From the human T2T-CHM13v2.0 reference genome, Homo sapiens, in NCBI RefSeq assembly GCF_009914755.1, contig NC_060925.1: a DNA stretch of 64,000 nucleotides. The stretch is one strand, 5' to 3'. Made by a program: the position numbers and the translations under genes. This document shows positions 43,821 through 58,555 of the stretch, one piece after another. Within the stretch, counting starts at the first letter, position 1. Each line of letters opens with the position of its first letter. A model generated the notes under the pieces. It was given only the letters and a program-made list of their open reading frames with translations. It was not told the DNA's origin and searched no databases.

Positions 43821-44898
43821 TAAAACCTTTAACATAATTAAATATTATGTATAACTACATTTCAAATTGTTAAACATATTTTTTGCTATAAATTTATTGT
43901 AATTAAAAATTATTACAGTAAAATGTACATAATATAAATTTACCATCTTAACCATTTTAACTATACAGTTCGGTAGTATTAAATATAGATATACTGGGTG
44001 CAATCATCATTACCATTTATGTCCATAACAATTTTCATCTTGTAAAAATGAAATAATAACTACTCACTCCCCTCTTCTCCTCTTCCCTGGCAATCACCGT
44101 TCTCCTTTCTATTGTTATGATTTTTCCACTCTAAGTACCTCATATAAGTGGAATTACACAGTATTTGTATTTTTATGATCAGCTTATTTCACTTAGAATA
44201 ATGTCCTTAAGGTCCATCCATATTGTAGCATATGTTGAGATTTTTTCGTATGCCTGAATAATATTCTGTTGTGTATATATAACACATTTTTCTTATTAAT
44301 TCATCTATCAGTGAACATAGTTGCTTCCATGTTTTAGCTATTGTGAGTAATGCTGCTATGAATATTGGTGTACAAACATCACTTTGAGACTCTGTTTTCA
44401 ATTCTTCTGAGTGTAAACCCAGTAGTGGTATTACTGGACGTTATGGTAATTCTGTATTTAATTTTGAGGAACTGTCATACTGTTTTCCATAGCAGCTGTA
44501 TGACGTTTTACAATCTCATCTACAGTGCACAAGGGTTTCAAATTCTCCACATCCTTCCCAACACCTTTTTTTATAGCAGCCTACCAATGTGAGGTGGTCT
44601 CTCATTGTACATTTAACTTACATTTTTCTAATGATCAGTGATGTTGATGTAATGCATAATATTAACAGAATAAAAAAATACACATGATCATCTCACTTAA
44701 TGCATAAAAATCATGTGAAGAAATTTAAAATCCTTTCATGATAAAAAAACATTAAAAAGTCTAGGAATACAAGGAAACTACCTCAGAATAAAAAAAATAC
44801 ATACATGAAAAGCTCACAGCAAGATCATAATCATTGGTGAAAAACTGAAGCATTTTCCTCTAAGATCAGGAGAAAGGCAAGGATATCAGTTTTTTCAC

Positions 44899-45614
<716 letters not shown>

Positions 45615-48600
45615 ACCACTTCTCTTCAACATAGTACTAGAATTTCTAGCCAGAGCCATTCAACAAGTAAAAGAAATTGAAAAGCAGTCAAACTGAAAAG
45701 TAAGGACTAAGATTATCTTTGCTCAGTGATGATATGATTTTTTATTTTATGAAAGCTTAAGTATTCCACAAAAAAACTGTTATAACTAATGAACTAAACA
45801 AAGCAGCAGGATACAAATTCAATACACAAAACTTACTTACATTTCTTCAAAAAAGAACAATCTGAAAAATACATTGCAAACAACTCTTGTTTACGATGGC
45901 ACGAAAAAAATAAAAATTTAGGAATTAACTAAGAAGATGATAGACTTGCACAATGAAAGCAAAACAATGCTAAAAGAAGTGAAAGAAGATATAAATAAAT
46001 AACAATATGTCCAATGTTCATAGACTGGCCAAGTTAATATTGTTAAGATGTCAATACTACTTAAAAAAAAGCTACTGATTCAGTGAATTCTCTTTAATAT
46101 TCCAATGACTTTTTTTTTCCAGAAGCAGAAAAACTTTCTCTAAAAATCACATGGATTTTCACAGCACCTTAAATAGGCAAAACAGAACTGAAAAAGAAAC
46201 ACAAAGCTGGGAATTCTCACTCCCTGATTTCAAAATTTATCCCAAATCTACAGTAATTAAAATATTTAGTGCTTCTATAAATATAGATATACAGATTAAT
46301 GGAAGAAAATAGAGAGCCCAGAAATAAACCCTCATATATACTGTAAAATTATTTTTGACAAAGTTGACAAGACCATTCAATATGGAAAAAAGTCTTCTCA
46401 TTTAGTCATCATTTAAGTTAGACCCTTACAAACATTATATACAAAAATTAGTGCAAAATGAATCAAATATCTATATGTAAGATCTAAAACTACAAAATAT
46501 GTAGAAGACCTCATAGGGAAAAATCATCATGATATTGGATTTTGCAGTGATTTATTGAATATGACATAAAATGCTCAGTTAACAAAAGAATAAACAGACA
46601 AGTTAGACTTTATAATTTTTTAATTGTTCATTGAAAGACAATATAAAGAATAAAAAGACAACTTACGAAAGGGAGAATATATTTGTAAGTCATATATGTA
46701 ATAAGAAATATTCAGAGTATGCAGAGAACTCCTAAACTCAACAACAGCAGTAAAACAAACAACCCGATTCAAAAATGAGCAGAATAAACATATCTCCAAA
46801 GAAGATATACAAATAACTAGTAAATAAGCACTTGAAAAGAATTTCAACATCATTAATTTTTGATAAAACTTTTTAAATCTAAACTCAAGTATTTCATTTA
46901 GTAAAGAATATGTCACCATTCTTCCTTTTCTTGCTTTAAGATTTTATTTTTTAGTCATAATAATATATTTTTTTCTAAAAGCTGAAAAAACCCTGAAAAA
47001 GTCTCATGCATCTCTGAGTAATAAACCTGCCTGATAAATTATGCTTTTATAATGTTAAAGTCCATTGTTGCACATAATATTGTTAAATTGGTGTCTAATA
47101 ATATATCATTCTTTAATTACCTAATTCTATAATTGTCAATGTTCCATCAATCTAGTACACATTTTGAAAGTAATAATGATGAAAAGTGTGCCAATAATTT
47201 TAAAATGTATGCTACTGAATTCTCTAAAGTAAAAGAGACTCCGTCATTTATTTTTAATATTTTCCTTTTTTGTATAAATAACAATCCTTAAATGGTTTGG
47301 ATTCTTAAAAACTTTCCTGCCAATAAAATATTACAGATTTAGTTTGTAATGAATGTAATAATGATTGTATTCTTTTCCCATTCCTGGCATTAATTGAAGT
47401 GTTGCCAACTCTGAATAGAGGTCATTTTAGTTCTGGTATAACATATTGTAACATGTTGTACAATTGATATCTGTAGGCATTTTTTAATTAAGTGATATAC
47501 AAAAAAGAATATTTTGTGATAGGGTGGGTATATTTTTTCTTGCTTGTAACAAAATTTAACTAACTGAAATTAGTATGCCACTCCCTTTTGAAAAGCTTAA
47601 GAAAATTTTAAAAATTTCAACATAATTCTGTCGTTCATCTATTCCCGTAACTGTAGAGCACTTACAGTTTTATGGATAATTAATTTATGATAGTAATAAA
47701 ACTGTTTTATAGCAAATCCTAATTTTAGTAGAAATAAATGCAAGATCAATAATCTTCAGTGTAAGGAGTCTAACCTTGAGCAGGATACAGTATCAGCTTT
47801 CTAAACTTTTACTCAGATATAGCTAGCCTCCTTTTAGCAAATTTTAATGTTTCATTTAGCAGTAAATATTGTCAAATTGAATATTTATATTCATTTTATT
47901 AATGTTTTAAGTACCTATGTATCAGGTGTGACCAATAGTTACACAAACTTTGCATATGATATTTCATATTTTGGCATAGGTTTTTCAGTGATTATGAGGT
48001 TGTGATTTCTTTTGTTTTATATATGTTAAGCCCTACTGGGGAAATGAATACTTTTTAAGTACATGTTGATATTTTATAAACTATACTTAAGTACAATAAT
48101 TTTCCATATATCAGCAAGCAGATATTTTGCTAGTGATGCAATTGTATAATAAAATTCAGAAATATAAGTTGCTTTTTATTTCTATTTATTTTCTCTCTGT
48201 TCGACCTATAAAAATATTGTTTTGGATACAGTAAGAAGAAAACCAGGTAGAATATAACCATTTGTTGTGCAACTGTGAGCACTTTTTATTTACTTTAATG
48301 TAACATAGATATCACAAAGCAAGACACATGGAAGACAAAAATAGCAGAAAGCTATATTCTAAGAACAATGGCTCATATTAGTCTTTTTCACAGACTCAAA
48401 TATGGACAATAGCTGTGTATCCCACAAGGTGATGCCTTTCATTTACTCCATGAAAGCAGAAATATTTGCAAGAAATGAGAAGGTATGTCATACACAAAGA
48501 GATTTGGAGTTTCTTTTATCTGATGGGGTATTTTGTGGCAAATAGATTATTAGAAAATACAATTATTTTAAAACTGTAAATAAAATTTTTACAAGTTAAA

Positions 48601-48727
48601 AATCTGTTATTTCTCCATTTGGAAAAAGTGCCTTTGGAATAAAGACTGGAAGAGGTTGAAGAACCAAGTGGTGTGGATATTGGGTGGAGGAGCACTTCGC
48701 TCACAGATAACATAAAATGCAAATTCT

Positions 48728-49047
48728 GGCCGGGCGCGGTGGCTCACGCCTGTAATCCCAGCACTTTGGGAGGCCGAGGCCGGCGGATCACGAGGTCAGG
48801 AGATCGAGACCATCCTGGCTAACACGGTGAAACCCCGTCTCTACTAAAAATACAAAAAAAAAAAAATTAGCCGGTCGTGATGGCGGGTGCCTGTATTCCC
48901 AGCTGCTCCGGAGGCTGAGGCAGGAGAATGGCGTGAGCCCAGGGGGCGGAGCTTGCTGTGAGCCGAGATCACGCCACTGCACTCCAGCCTGGGCGACAGA
49001 GCCAGACTCCATCTCAAAAAAAAAAAAAAAAGAAAAAAGAAAAAAAG
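48728..49047 (+). mobile_element. AluY, full length, CpG-rich
   Basis: Consensus-like start ggccgggcgcggtggctcacgcc; perfect 13-bp TSD aaatgcaaattct (48715-48727 and 49048-49060). Confidence 0.97.
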
Positions 49048-49238
49048 AAATGCAAATTCTATGAAGTAGGTAATTAATATTGACATCCTTAAAGTATTTG
49101 TTCATCAACAAATGTGATAAACAACATTGGCTCTAAGAAATAGTGATTTCTCATGCAAGAGCATTGTAAAATCAGGTGGAAAAGATGATGACTGTAACAG
49201 AGAGGTAATAGTTTGCAGAATTTGTTCTTTTTGCCATG

Positions 49239-49390
49239 ATCAGATTCTATCTTAGTGAACAGAGATCATAGACATTGATTCCATCTTAGTAAACAGAGGT
49301 CATAGTCATTGATTCCGTCTTTGTAAATAGATATTGTACACGTTGATCATAGCCATTGATTTCATTGCAATAAATAGAGATCATAGATCA
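49239..49390. repeat. Degenerate 34-bp minisatellite, ~4 copies
   Basis: Unit approximately attgattccatcttagtaaacagagatcatagac, starting at 49239, 49274, 49308 and 49355. Confidence 0.85.
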
Positions 49391-50080
49391 TTTTGGGTAC
49401 CTAAATAGGAGGTTTTTGATTGAGATAAATACATACATGTAGTGAAACAACCTCCCACATGAAACCAAATGGGGGTGAAGTTTTCCTTAATAAAACTATT
49501 TTGCATTTATTTTTAAGACTTCTTACAAGGCAATACTCTCTCTCATTTTCTTCAACTAAAGAGAAAGGGTTATTGACAAGTAGAGTTTAAAAAGCATTTG
49601 GAAGCTGAGTTTTGTTAAAATGGGGAGTATGATTTGAATGGATTCTTTGGTGAGTAAGAAAGTCATCAACAAAACCTCCTGCACATTCCTTGAACATGCT
49701 GGAGGGTAAAACAAAATCCCCTAGTAGATGAAAATTTTCCAAAATAGCTGCTTCTCTGAAAATGGTATAGGGCTTAGATGTGGGACTGTCAACTTACAAG
49801 TATCAAAGCAAATGAAATTTCTTCTGTGAAGACATATCCACTTGACCATTGTATTGTGTCTTTGTTTCAGGAGCACTTTGGCTTCTTTGATGCCATTTTT
49901 AATATTTTAAAATTTCCTTTCTTGAATATGTGTGATTTATGTCTCCTCTTCACTTGTGTGATGTAACATACTTTAGAGCAGGAACCAGTCTGCTTGTTTT
50001 TGTGTTTTGCTTAGGACCCAGCAAAATGTTTGCTTCATTTAAAATCCATTAAATATTATTAATTGGCTTAGATATAATTT

Positions 50081-50871
50081 ATAATAATAATAATTATTAT
50101 TATTATTATACTTTAAGTTCTGGGATACATGTGCAGAAAGTGCAGGTTTGTTACATAGGTATACACGTGCCATGGTGGTTTGCTGCACCCATCAACCCAT
50201 CATCTACATTAGGTATTTCTCCTAATGCTATCCCTCACCTAGTCCCCAACCCTCTGACAGGCCCCAGTGTGTGATGTTCCCCTCCCTGTGACCATGTGTT
50301 CTCATTGTTCAATTCCCACTTATGAGTGAGAACATGCGGTGTTTGGTTTTCTGCTCCTGTGTTAGTTTGCTGAGAATGATGGTTTCCAGTTTCATCCATG
50401 TCCCAGCAAAAGACATGAACTCATCCTTTTGCAGCCAACAAACATGAAAAAAGCTCATCATCACTGGTCGGTAGAGAAAGGCAAATCAAAACCACAATGA
50501 GATCCCATCTCATGCCAGTTACAATGGCGATCATTAAAAAGTCAGGAAATAACAGATGATGGACAGGATGTGGAGAAATAGGAACGTTTTTACATTGTTG
50601 GTGGGAGTGTAAATTAGTTCAACCATTGTGGAAGACAGTGTGACAATTCCTCAAGGATCTAGAACCAGAAATACTATTTGACCTTAGGAATCCCATTACT
50701 GGGTATATACCCAAAGGATTATAAATTATTCTACTATAAAGACCCATGCACACGTATGTTTATTGCAGCACTGTTCACAATAGCAAAAACTTGGAACCAA
50801 CCCAAATGCCCATCAATAATAGACTGGATAAAGAAAATGTGACACATATACACACTGGAATACCATGCAGC
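50081..50871 (-). mobile_element. L1PA6/7-like insertion with 5' inversion (minus arm 50081-50430, plus arm 50431-50871)
   Basis: The arms are contiguous in L1 ('..atgcagc' | 'aaaaggatgagttcatg'); perfect TSD gatataattt at 50071-50080 and 50872-50881. Confidence 0.93.
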
Positions 50872-51431
50872 GATATAATTTGTTTTTAAATGTGTTAAAG
50901 TCATTACATACTTAAAACTTTTCTCTATTTATAATTAATCAGCAAATCACTCTGTAGTGTGTGTATGTGTGCGCACATGCTTGCACATGCCAATTTGTTT
51001 TTCAGATTTCATATTTGCCTAAAAAGAATCCTTGCACTTGTGTGTAGAAAATTCTCTGACAGGAATGTTAATATGAGCAAGAAAATATAATCTCCTCTTT
51101 TTTAGTATCTAAAATTTGAGAAAGGCATTTATGTTTCCACATTACTAAAGTATATTACTCAATAGGAAAAAACCATTACAAAACTCAGATACAACATTAT
51201 AATACGTTACAACATTCACAGATATTTTTAGAATTGCCTAGCAGACAGTAGGTCTCAGGAATAAAGATGTAGCAGTTAGCAGAGAAAGTAGAGATATTAA
51301 TGACTAAATTCACTACCATGGTCTAATTTGAACATAAGACTGTATGTATGTTGGAAAATATTTGATAACTGCTGCTTTGTTAGGATGCTCAATGAGTAAC
51401 CTACAGCAGCAATAAGAATTGTGTTTTCCCT

Positions 51432-51803
<372 letters not shown>

Positions 51804-52310
51804 TTAATATTCAATAAATAAAGAACAACTGCTTACTCTCATTGTGTAGAAGAAAGTAGTGCCTATGTCTTTGATGCCGTGTTTTAAAAATCCAGAAACA
51901 GTTTAAGGTGCATAATCTGTATTGCAAATAACCTAAATAATCTGTAGGTGTTGAATGCATTTATTTTAATAAATAATAATAAGCCATTCTGATAAAAATA
52001 TCCAATGATATCACATTGTGCTCCTATTATGTAATGATGTGGCGAATTTTATGTATAATGTAATTTCCTATATATTATATACATAATATAAAATACTTAA
52101 TTTCATATGGTAAACTTTGCAGAAAACACTCATATTAGGTTCAGAAAGAACCTTGCCATCTTACACGTATTTCTTTAACAAGGTTATATATCAAGATCTA
52201 TTTACTTATAAAGACATTTATTATATAGCATGTACAATGTTGCTTGCAAATATTTATATTATATCTAGTCTAGAAATAAAAATTCAGTTGCCCTTGCTTC
52301 TCCTAGTAAA

Positions 52311-52520
52311 GCATTGTTTCTTAACCAAGTTGCAGCATGTGAGAATCAACTAGGAAGATTTTTTTCATAACATACTGAATATAATGCCCACTCCCATTTT
52401 CCTATCTGGATGTTGATAACCTTTCAGTTACAGCTGTATGCATTAAAACATCTGAAAGGTGACTAATGATATTCCTGATCTCCTTACACATTGTCTCCCT
52501 TCCCATCTGAGAAGCACTGC
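52311..52520. mobile_element. MER5-like hAT-Charlie MITE
   Basis: TIR-like ends 'gcattgtttcttaacc' and 'tgagaagcactgc'; internal 'gagaatcaactaggaagattttt'. Confidence 0.55.
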
Positions 52521-55009
52521 TGTAGGTTTTGATTCAACAATATCAGTATGTGCTTATAAATATAGTTAGAAATAGTCCTCCACTTACCCTCCCAGGTGCC
52601 CTGTATTCACATAGGTATCTTGTGAAAAAAAATGGCTAATGTAGAAATGGTCCTCTTATGTCATATTCTCTCTTGCTTATGCATTGCTGAACAGTTAAGA
52701 ATCAGGGATTCAACCTCCTGGAAATAATTATCTCAGCTCTTAGGGCTATCACAAGTAGATATTCAAGAGCTTTTCAAATTGAAGAAAGACATTGAAATAT
52801 TAGTATGCATTTTGAAAGGTGAGCTAGTAATATTTAGGAGACTAGTACATATATTATTTTAGAGTACAGCCAAGAAGTCTGAGTAACGTATCTGCTTATA
52901 TACAAGCCAGAGTGTCCTATTAAATGATATTAAATTATTCAATAAACTTCTGAAAATTTCTCCTGTATCATATCAATAGTTTCCAGAGGATTAAATAATT
53001 TTTTAAAAGGTTTTTCTTGAATTGAGATTTAATGCAGATATAAATACTGTAACTTCTCTGCCTTAATTTAGATAAGGAGTCCTAAAAACACAAATATATA
53101 CCATCTTAACTAATATAGCAATCAATTTTGAGAATTAAATGATATAATGGTCTATAACCGTAGTTTAAGTAAAATAATTGATTATTAATCTTACCTATCA
53201 ATTTCTGTCAATGCTTTGTTGTAAATGTCTGTCAAATTCATAGGCAGAGTGAGTCATTAAATCGAGGCTGTTTAGTAGAGATATATATTAAAACATTAAT
53301 ATATGCCTCTGTGTCCTGGGAGACAATGGTAAAATTTTTAGTTTATAATCTACAGCAACATACTAGAGATTATGTGAAAAACATAAAATACAAACATTTA
53401 TTACAATACAATATATAGTTGAGTAAAAACTGAGGACTAGGTATTGTAAGAATAACTCAGTTACATGGGTTCCAAATACGATAAATTTTAGAAAATTCTT
53501 ACCAATTGATTGATCATACTATTTTAAGGGCATGCCAAATAGCCTAACATATAATGGTTAGTAAATATGCATTGACACGTTTCTTAAGATGACGTATTTC
53601 ATGTATTTTTATGTGCTTTTATGTATATAAGTGTGTGCATATTTTTGTGGACAAAGAGCATGGAAATATGTCTGTTCTTAATATTTAGGAAAAGAAATAG
53701 GTATTCTAATTGTGAAGGGTGCTGGAAGTTCAGAGTAAGTATGGGTTGCCTATCTAATGTTTTCTTAATCTTAGGTATAAAAATATTCAAATTTCTCTAA
53801 AGATATTTGATGAAATCTTGAAATGAGATGAGTCAATAAAATTCTATTAGAATAATGGATTTGTGTGAGAATTATTTTTCTCCTAAAAATAGATATAGCT
53901 GCTAATTACACTTCAATATATGGCAGGAAAGATTTTTTTTACTGTCTCTTGGATAACAATTGTTTATTGTCTCTTGGGTAACAATTCGGAAATCAGACTA
54001 AATATTAAAACTGACGAACCATTTGATTGCATCAGATTGGTGACAATGAAATGAGGATTTGCCTTGTCAAGATTGAAGAAGAGTAAGAAAGGCTAGAAAA
54101 TGTGGAATGCCCTGTGGTTTGGCCTGTTCCCTGAAGACAATGACTAAATCTTAAACTAGTTTATAGGAAATCCAATAGTTGGACAAATACGTTAGTAGTA
54201 GACTCAAAAAAAAAAATTGGAAGAGGAAAAAAAGGGAATCAGAGCATACCAAAGAGAAGTACCTTTTAACCAATTTATTTTTTAGTATAAAACCTCAAAG
54301 CTCTATTCTATGAGGGTGATACAGAAAAAGGTCAACCCTCAAAAGTATAAAGCCCAGTTTAGAAGCTTCTTGATTTTTGCCTCTAAGGCAGAAGTCTACA
54401 AAACTATGATCCGTTAATCAAATTGGGCCCACCACATTTGTGGTGGTAAGATAAAAATGATTTTCTGATTTTTATTTATTTTTAATTTTTTTGTAAAAAC
54501 TTTATATTTTATCTTTTCACATTTCATTTTGTTTTTAATTGAGATACAGTTATATATATGTATACATGTGTATGGGGTACAGTGTGATATTCCTATACAG
54601 GTACACATTGTGTAATTATTCAGTCACAATTACTAGCATATCCATCACTTCAAACACTTGTCATTTCTTTGTGATGAGAATATTCAAGACTCTTCTAGCT
54701 ATTCTGACACGTACTTTATGGTTAGGTATAGTCACTCGACTTCGTAATAAAACATCAGAACTTAATCCTCCCGTCTAACTATAACTTTGTACCCATTAAC
54801 CAACCTCTCCCCATCCCTGTTACACAGTACTCTCCCTAGTCTCTAGCAACCACTGTTCTCTACTTCTATGAGACGAACTTTTTTTAGATTTCATGGATTA
54901 GTGAGATCATGTGGTATTTGTTTATTTATTTTTTTTTTACTTGGCTTATTTCACTCGGTACAACTTCCTCTAGGTTCATCCCTGTTGTTACAAATGACAG
55001 AATTTCATT

Positions 55010-55310
55010 TTTTTTTTTTTTTGACTGTATCTCACTCTGTTGCCCACGCTCGAGTGCAGTGGTAAGATCCTGGCTCAGTCACTACAATCTCCTCCTCCTG
55101 AGTTCAAGTGATTCTCCTGCCTGCCTCAGCCTCCCCGAGTAGTCTTAATTAGAGGTGCCCACCACTACACCCAGTTAATTTTTGTATTTTTGGTAGAGAC
55201 AGGGTTTGGGCCATGTTGGCCAGGGTAGTCTCAAACTCCTGACTTCAGGTTATTTGGCCACCTTGGCCTCCCAAAATGCTGAGATTATAGGCCTCAACCA
55301 CCGTGCCTGG
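55010..55310 (-). mobile_element. Diverged Alu (S/J)
   Basis: Antisense dimer with poly-T; partial TSD agaattt. Confidence 0.9.
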
Positions 55311-55382
55311 ATAGAATTTTATGCCTTTTTATTGGTTGGATAGTATTCCATTGTGTATACATATCACTTATAAAATTTAGTG

Positions 55383-55675
55383 TCAGCTCACACCTGTAAT
55401 CTCATTACTTTGGGAGGCAGAGATGTGCTGATCATGTGAGGCCAGGAGTTCAAGAAAAAACATTCCCCCCACCTGCAAAACAAAATTAGCCAAGCATGGT
55501 GGCACATGCCTGTAATCCCAGCTACTTGGGAGGCTGAGGCAGAGATCGCTTGAACCCAGGAGACAGAGGTTGCAGTGATCTGGCATCATATCACTGCACT
55601 CAGTATGGGTGACAGAGTGAGACACTGCCTCAAAAAAATAAAAATAAAAATAAATAAATAAATAAGAATAAAATA
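55383..55675 (+). mobile_element. Diverged Alu (AluJ-like) with a deletion in the left arm
   Basis: 'gctcacacctgtaatctca..' with a (TAAA)n tail. Confidence 0.85.
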
Positions 55676-57372
55676 AAATTCTTTCATCCACTGATGGATG
55701 TTGATTTCACATCTTGGGTAATTGGGAATAGTGCTGCATTCAACATGGGGATGCAGATATCTCTTTGACATATTGATAAATTTTCTGTGTATACATACCT
55801 AGTTGTGGGACTGCTGAATCATATAGTGGTTATAATTTTATTTTTTGAGGAATCTCCTTTTTTTGTCCATCATGGCTGTACTAGTTTACATTCCCATCAA
55901 AAGCATATAAGAATTTCTTTTTCTCCACATCCTCACCAGCATTCATTATTTTTGTGTATTTTTCATAACAGCCATTTTAACTGGAGTAAGATGATATAAC
56001 ACTGCGGTTTTGATTCACATTTCCTTCATGATCAGTGATGTTGATCATATTTTCAGATACCTGTTGGTTGTTTGTATGTCTTATTTTAATAAAAAATAAG
56101 ATTTACAGATATTTTACCCATTTTTAATTAGATCATTTGCTTTCTTGTCTTTTTTGTTGTTGTTACTGACTTCTGAATATTGGCTCCTTTTCAGATGCAT
56201 AGTTTTTGAATATTTTCTCCTGTTCTGCCGATTATCTCTTTACTCTGTTGATTGTTTCCTTTGCTGTGTAGAAGGTTTTTTGGTTTGATATAGTCCCATG
56301 TGTCTATTTTTGCTTCTGTTACCTGTGTATTTGAAGTCTTATCCAAAGAAGCCCTTGCCCAGACCAATGCCATAAAGTTCTTTTCCTATATTTTCAAAAT
56401 TTTAAAAACGAGTATTAGATTTTTGGCAAAAACATTTGCTTAGATAGTTCAGGAATTGTCTCTTTGCCCACAAATCCTAAAATGTTTACTCTCTCACTCT
56501 TCACATAAAAGATTGCTGATCTGTTTTATAATGTTCTGAGATTACAAATGCCCCTAGCTTAGATACATACCAGCAACAAACATTAATTTTGTATGCATTG
56601 GACTGGCTATCATTGGACAAATTTTGGCACAGATGGCAATTTCAAACCTGTTTTTGACGACATTTACCGTAAGCCATGCCTTTGTGTCCAATCAAATGCT
56701 TAGTTCAGTTTCATCTCAGAATTAAGGGAATGTATCCAACCCTTGATTAATGACAATTGACCATTGATCAAAATCCAGAAACGTCAACTTGGAAAAGCAC
56801 TATCTCTGCGAAACTTTAGTCTTCATGGGGTTTTAATATTGTGCTTCTTTGAGGCCAGTCACTTGCTCCCTTCATGTTTTCTCACTAAAATGCTAAATTG
56901 TATGCTTATTTATCTAAATGATATAATTTCAATAAGAATGATATTTAGTCATCAACAGGGGGTTAGTTTTGAAGTATGTTTGAGAAATAACTTGGGGAAA
57001 AATGAAGAAATTCTCTTGAAAAGATCATTTATGTTTATATCTAAAAAATCATTTGTAGGAAATGTTCCCTCCTTTGTTTCCAAACATCAGAAATTAATAA
57101 ATTATGACCTTTAAATCATACAGCTTGATAAAATTTTCAAGGACCCAGGTTATTTTCTAAATAGCTACCTTGTATATATGTCAACATCTGTTTATTTCAC
57201 ATCTAAGTTTTTTTCTCTTTCCTTGCAGAGGGAATGTAACTAACCTTTTATAATGAAAATTTTATATTTGGCTGCATACAGCTGGTTCTCTCTTTTTGAA
57301 ATGATCCTCGACCTCTCTCTTTCCATCTGTTAAAAAATGTCAAAGATTTAATGATCAAAAAACAATTTAGTC

Positions 57373-57524
57373 ATAGCATTGGGAGATATACCTAATGCTA
57401 AATGACAAGTTAATGGGTGCAGCACACCAGCATGGCACATGTATACATATGTAACTAACCTGCACATTATGCACATGTACCCTAAAACTTAAAGTATAAT
57501 AATAATAAAATAAAATAAAAAAAA
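57373..57524 (+). mobile_element. Short young L1PA (L1PA3-like) 3' end inserted in the ERV
   Basis: 'tagcattgggagatatacctaatgctaaatgac..cctaaaacttaaagtataataataataaa' close to consensus. Confidence 0.93.
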
Positions 57525-58479
57525 TTTTGCGTGCAGAAAATGGAATGATGAAAAAATATTAACGACTGTTGCCATTGCTTCCTGCATGTTAATCAACAAA
57601 GTCAAATCACGAGACACAATGTCTAAATGCTTTGTATTTTTATAGCTTCTTTTTATAATTCTGGATTTTGTTCAATATTTAAGTTATTCACTAGCATTCT
57701 CTGCTTGGGTTTTAAATTGCCCTTTAATTGTAAACTGATTATTGATGTTCACTGTGGCAGATATATTTTTAGCCTGTTCATAGACTCCCAATTAATAATT
57801 CTTTTTCCACTCCATGTAACAACAATGCGATTGTTTTAAAAATCAACTAATTCTGGTTTCTGGTCTAAGTTGGAGGAACTTAACAACTCTTAAGTAATGA
57901 TACTGTATTTCTAAATAAAGTTTTCTTTATAAAAATTAAATAATAATTTAGTCATTGTATGTGCACACTCTAGCAATGTCTACTTCAGATAAACAGTCAA
58001 AAATATCTACCTGTAAAACATATATTAACTTCTGCTTCTTTTTTACATGTATGGAAATGTACATTTATACAATAAGCTTTAGGAAATATGATACAGGAAT
58101 TATTTTTTAAGTAAAGTTTATTTTAGCCCCTTTAACAATTTATTTGCCCATTTCCTCTTGTGAAGCATACTTTACAAATATAAAGAAAAGTTTCCCGATG
58201 TATTAAAAATGGATACCCAAGATTGGAATCTGCTATATTCCAACATCAACCTTTGCAGCTCTGTCAGCAAAATCATTGCTGGTAGAAATTTTGCCATTCT
58301 GTCCTGTGTGAGTTCTACATGAATTGTTAGTATTTGAATAGACAGTTGTAAAGCCTCTAATGAATCAGCTATCAATTTTCAATGAAATGTTTTAGTTCCC
58401 AACAAAGTAAAAAAACTCCCACATTTTTCCAAATTTGCCTTTTTGTGTGAGACACCAAACACATATGTATTTTCTGTCT

Positions 58480-58555
58480 ACCTAGCTAGCTAGCTAGCTA
58501 TCTATTATCTATCTATCCAGCTAGCTAGCTATCTATTATCTATCTATCCATCTAT
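58480..58555. repeat. (TAGC)n/(TATC)n compound STR with a duplicated ~30-bp unit
   Basis: agctagctagctatctattatctatctatcc occurs twice. Confidence 0.9.

Larger units (their letters stand above)
54510..56395 (-). mobile_element. L1MA4-like 3' portion, interrupted by two Alus
   Basis: 'atggggtacagtgtgatattcc..agcatatccatcacttcaaacacttgtcatttctttgtgatgagaa' is L1MA 3' UTR; ORF2 C-terminal fragments follow. Confidence 0.88.

Noticed and set aside
49239-49390. CRISPR-like array of ~34-bp repeats
   Set aside because: Units are tandem without unique spacers, there are no cas genes, and the context is eukaryotic.
53943-53986. 19-bp direct repeat with 25-bp period (similar small duplication at ~593-627)
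   Set aside because: Ordinary slippage-type micro-duplications with no further structure.
57195-57240. Polypyrimidine tract plus CAG, resembling a splice acceptor
   Set aside because: It is isolated, has no matching donor or coding exon, and lies within ERV-derived DNA.
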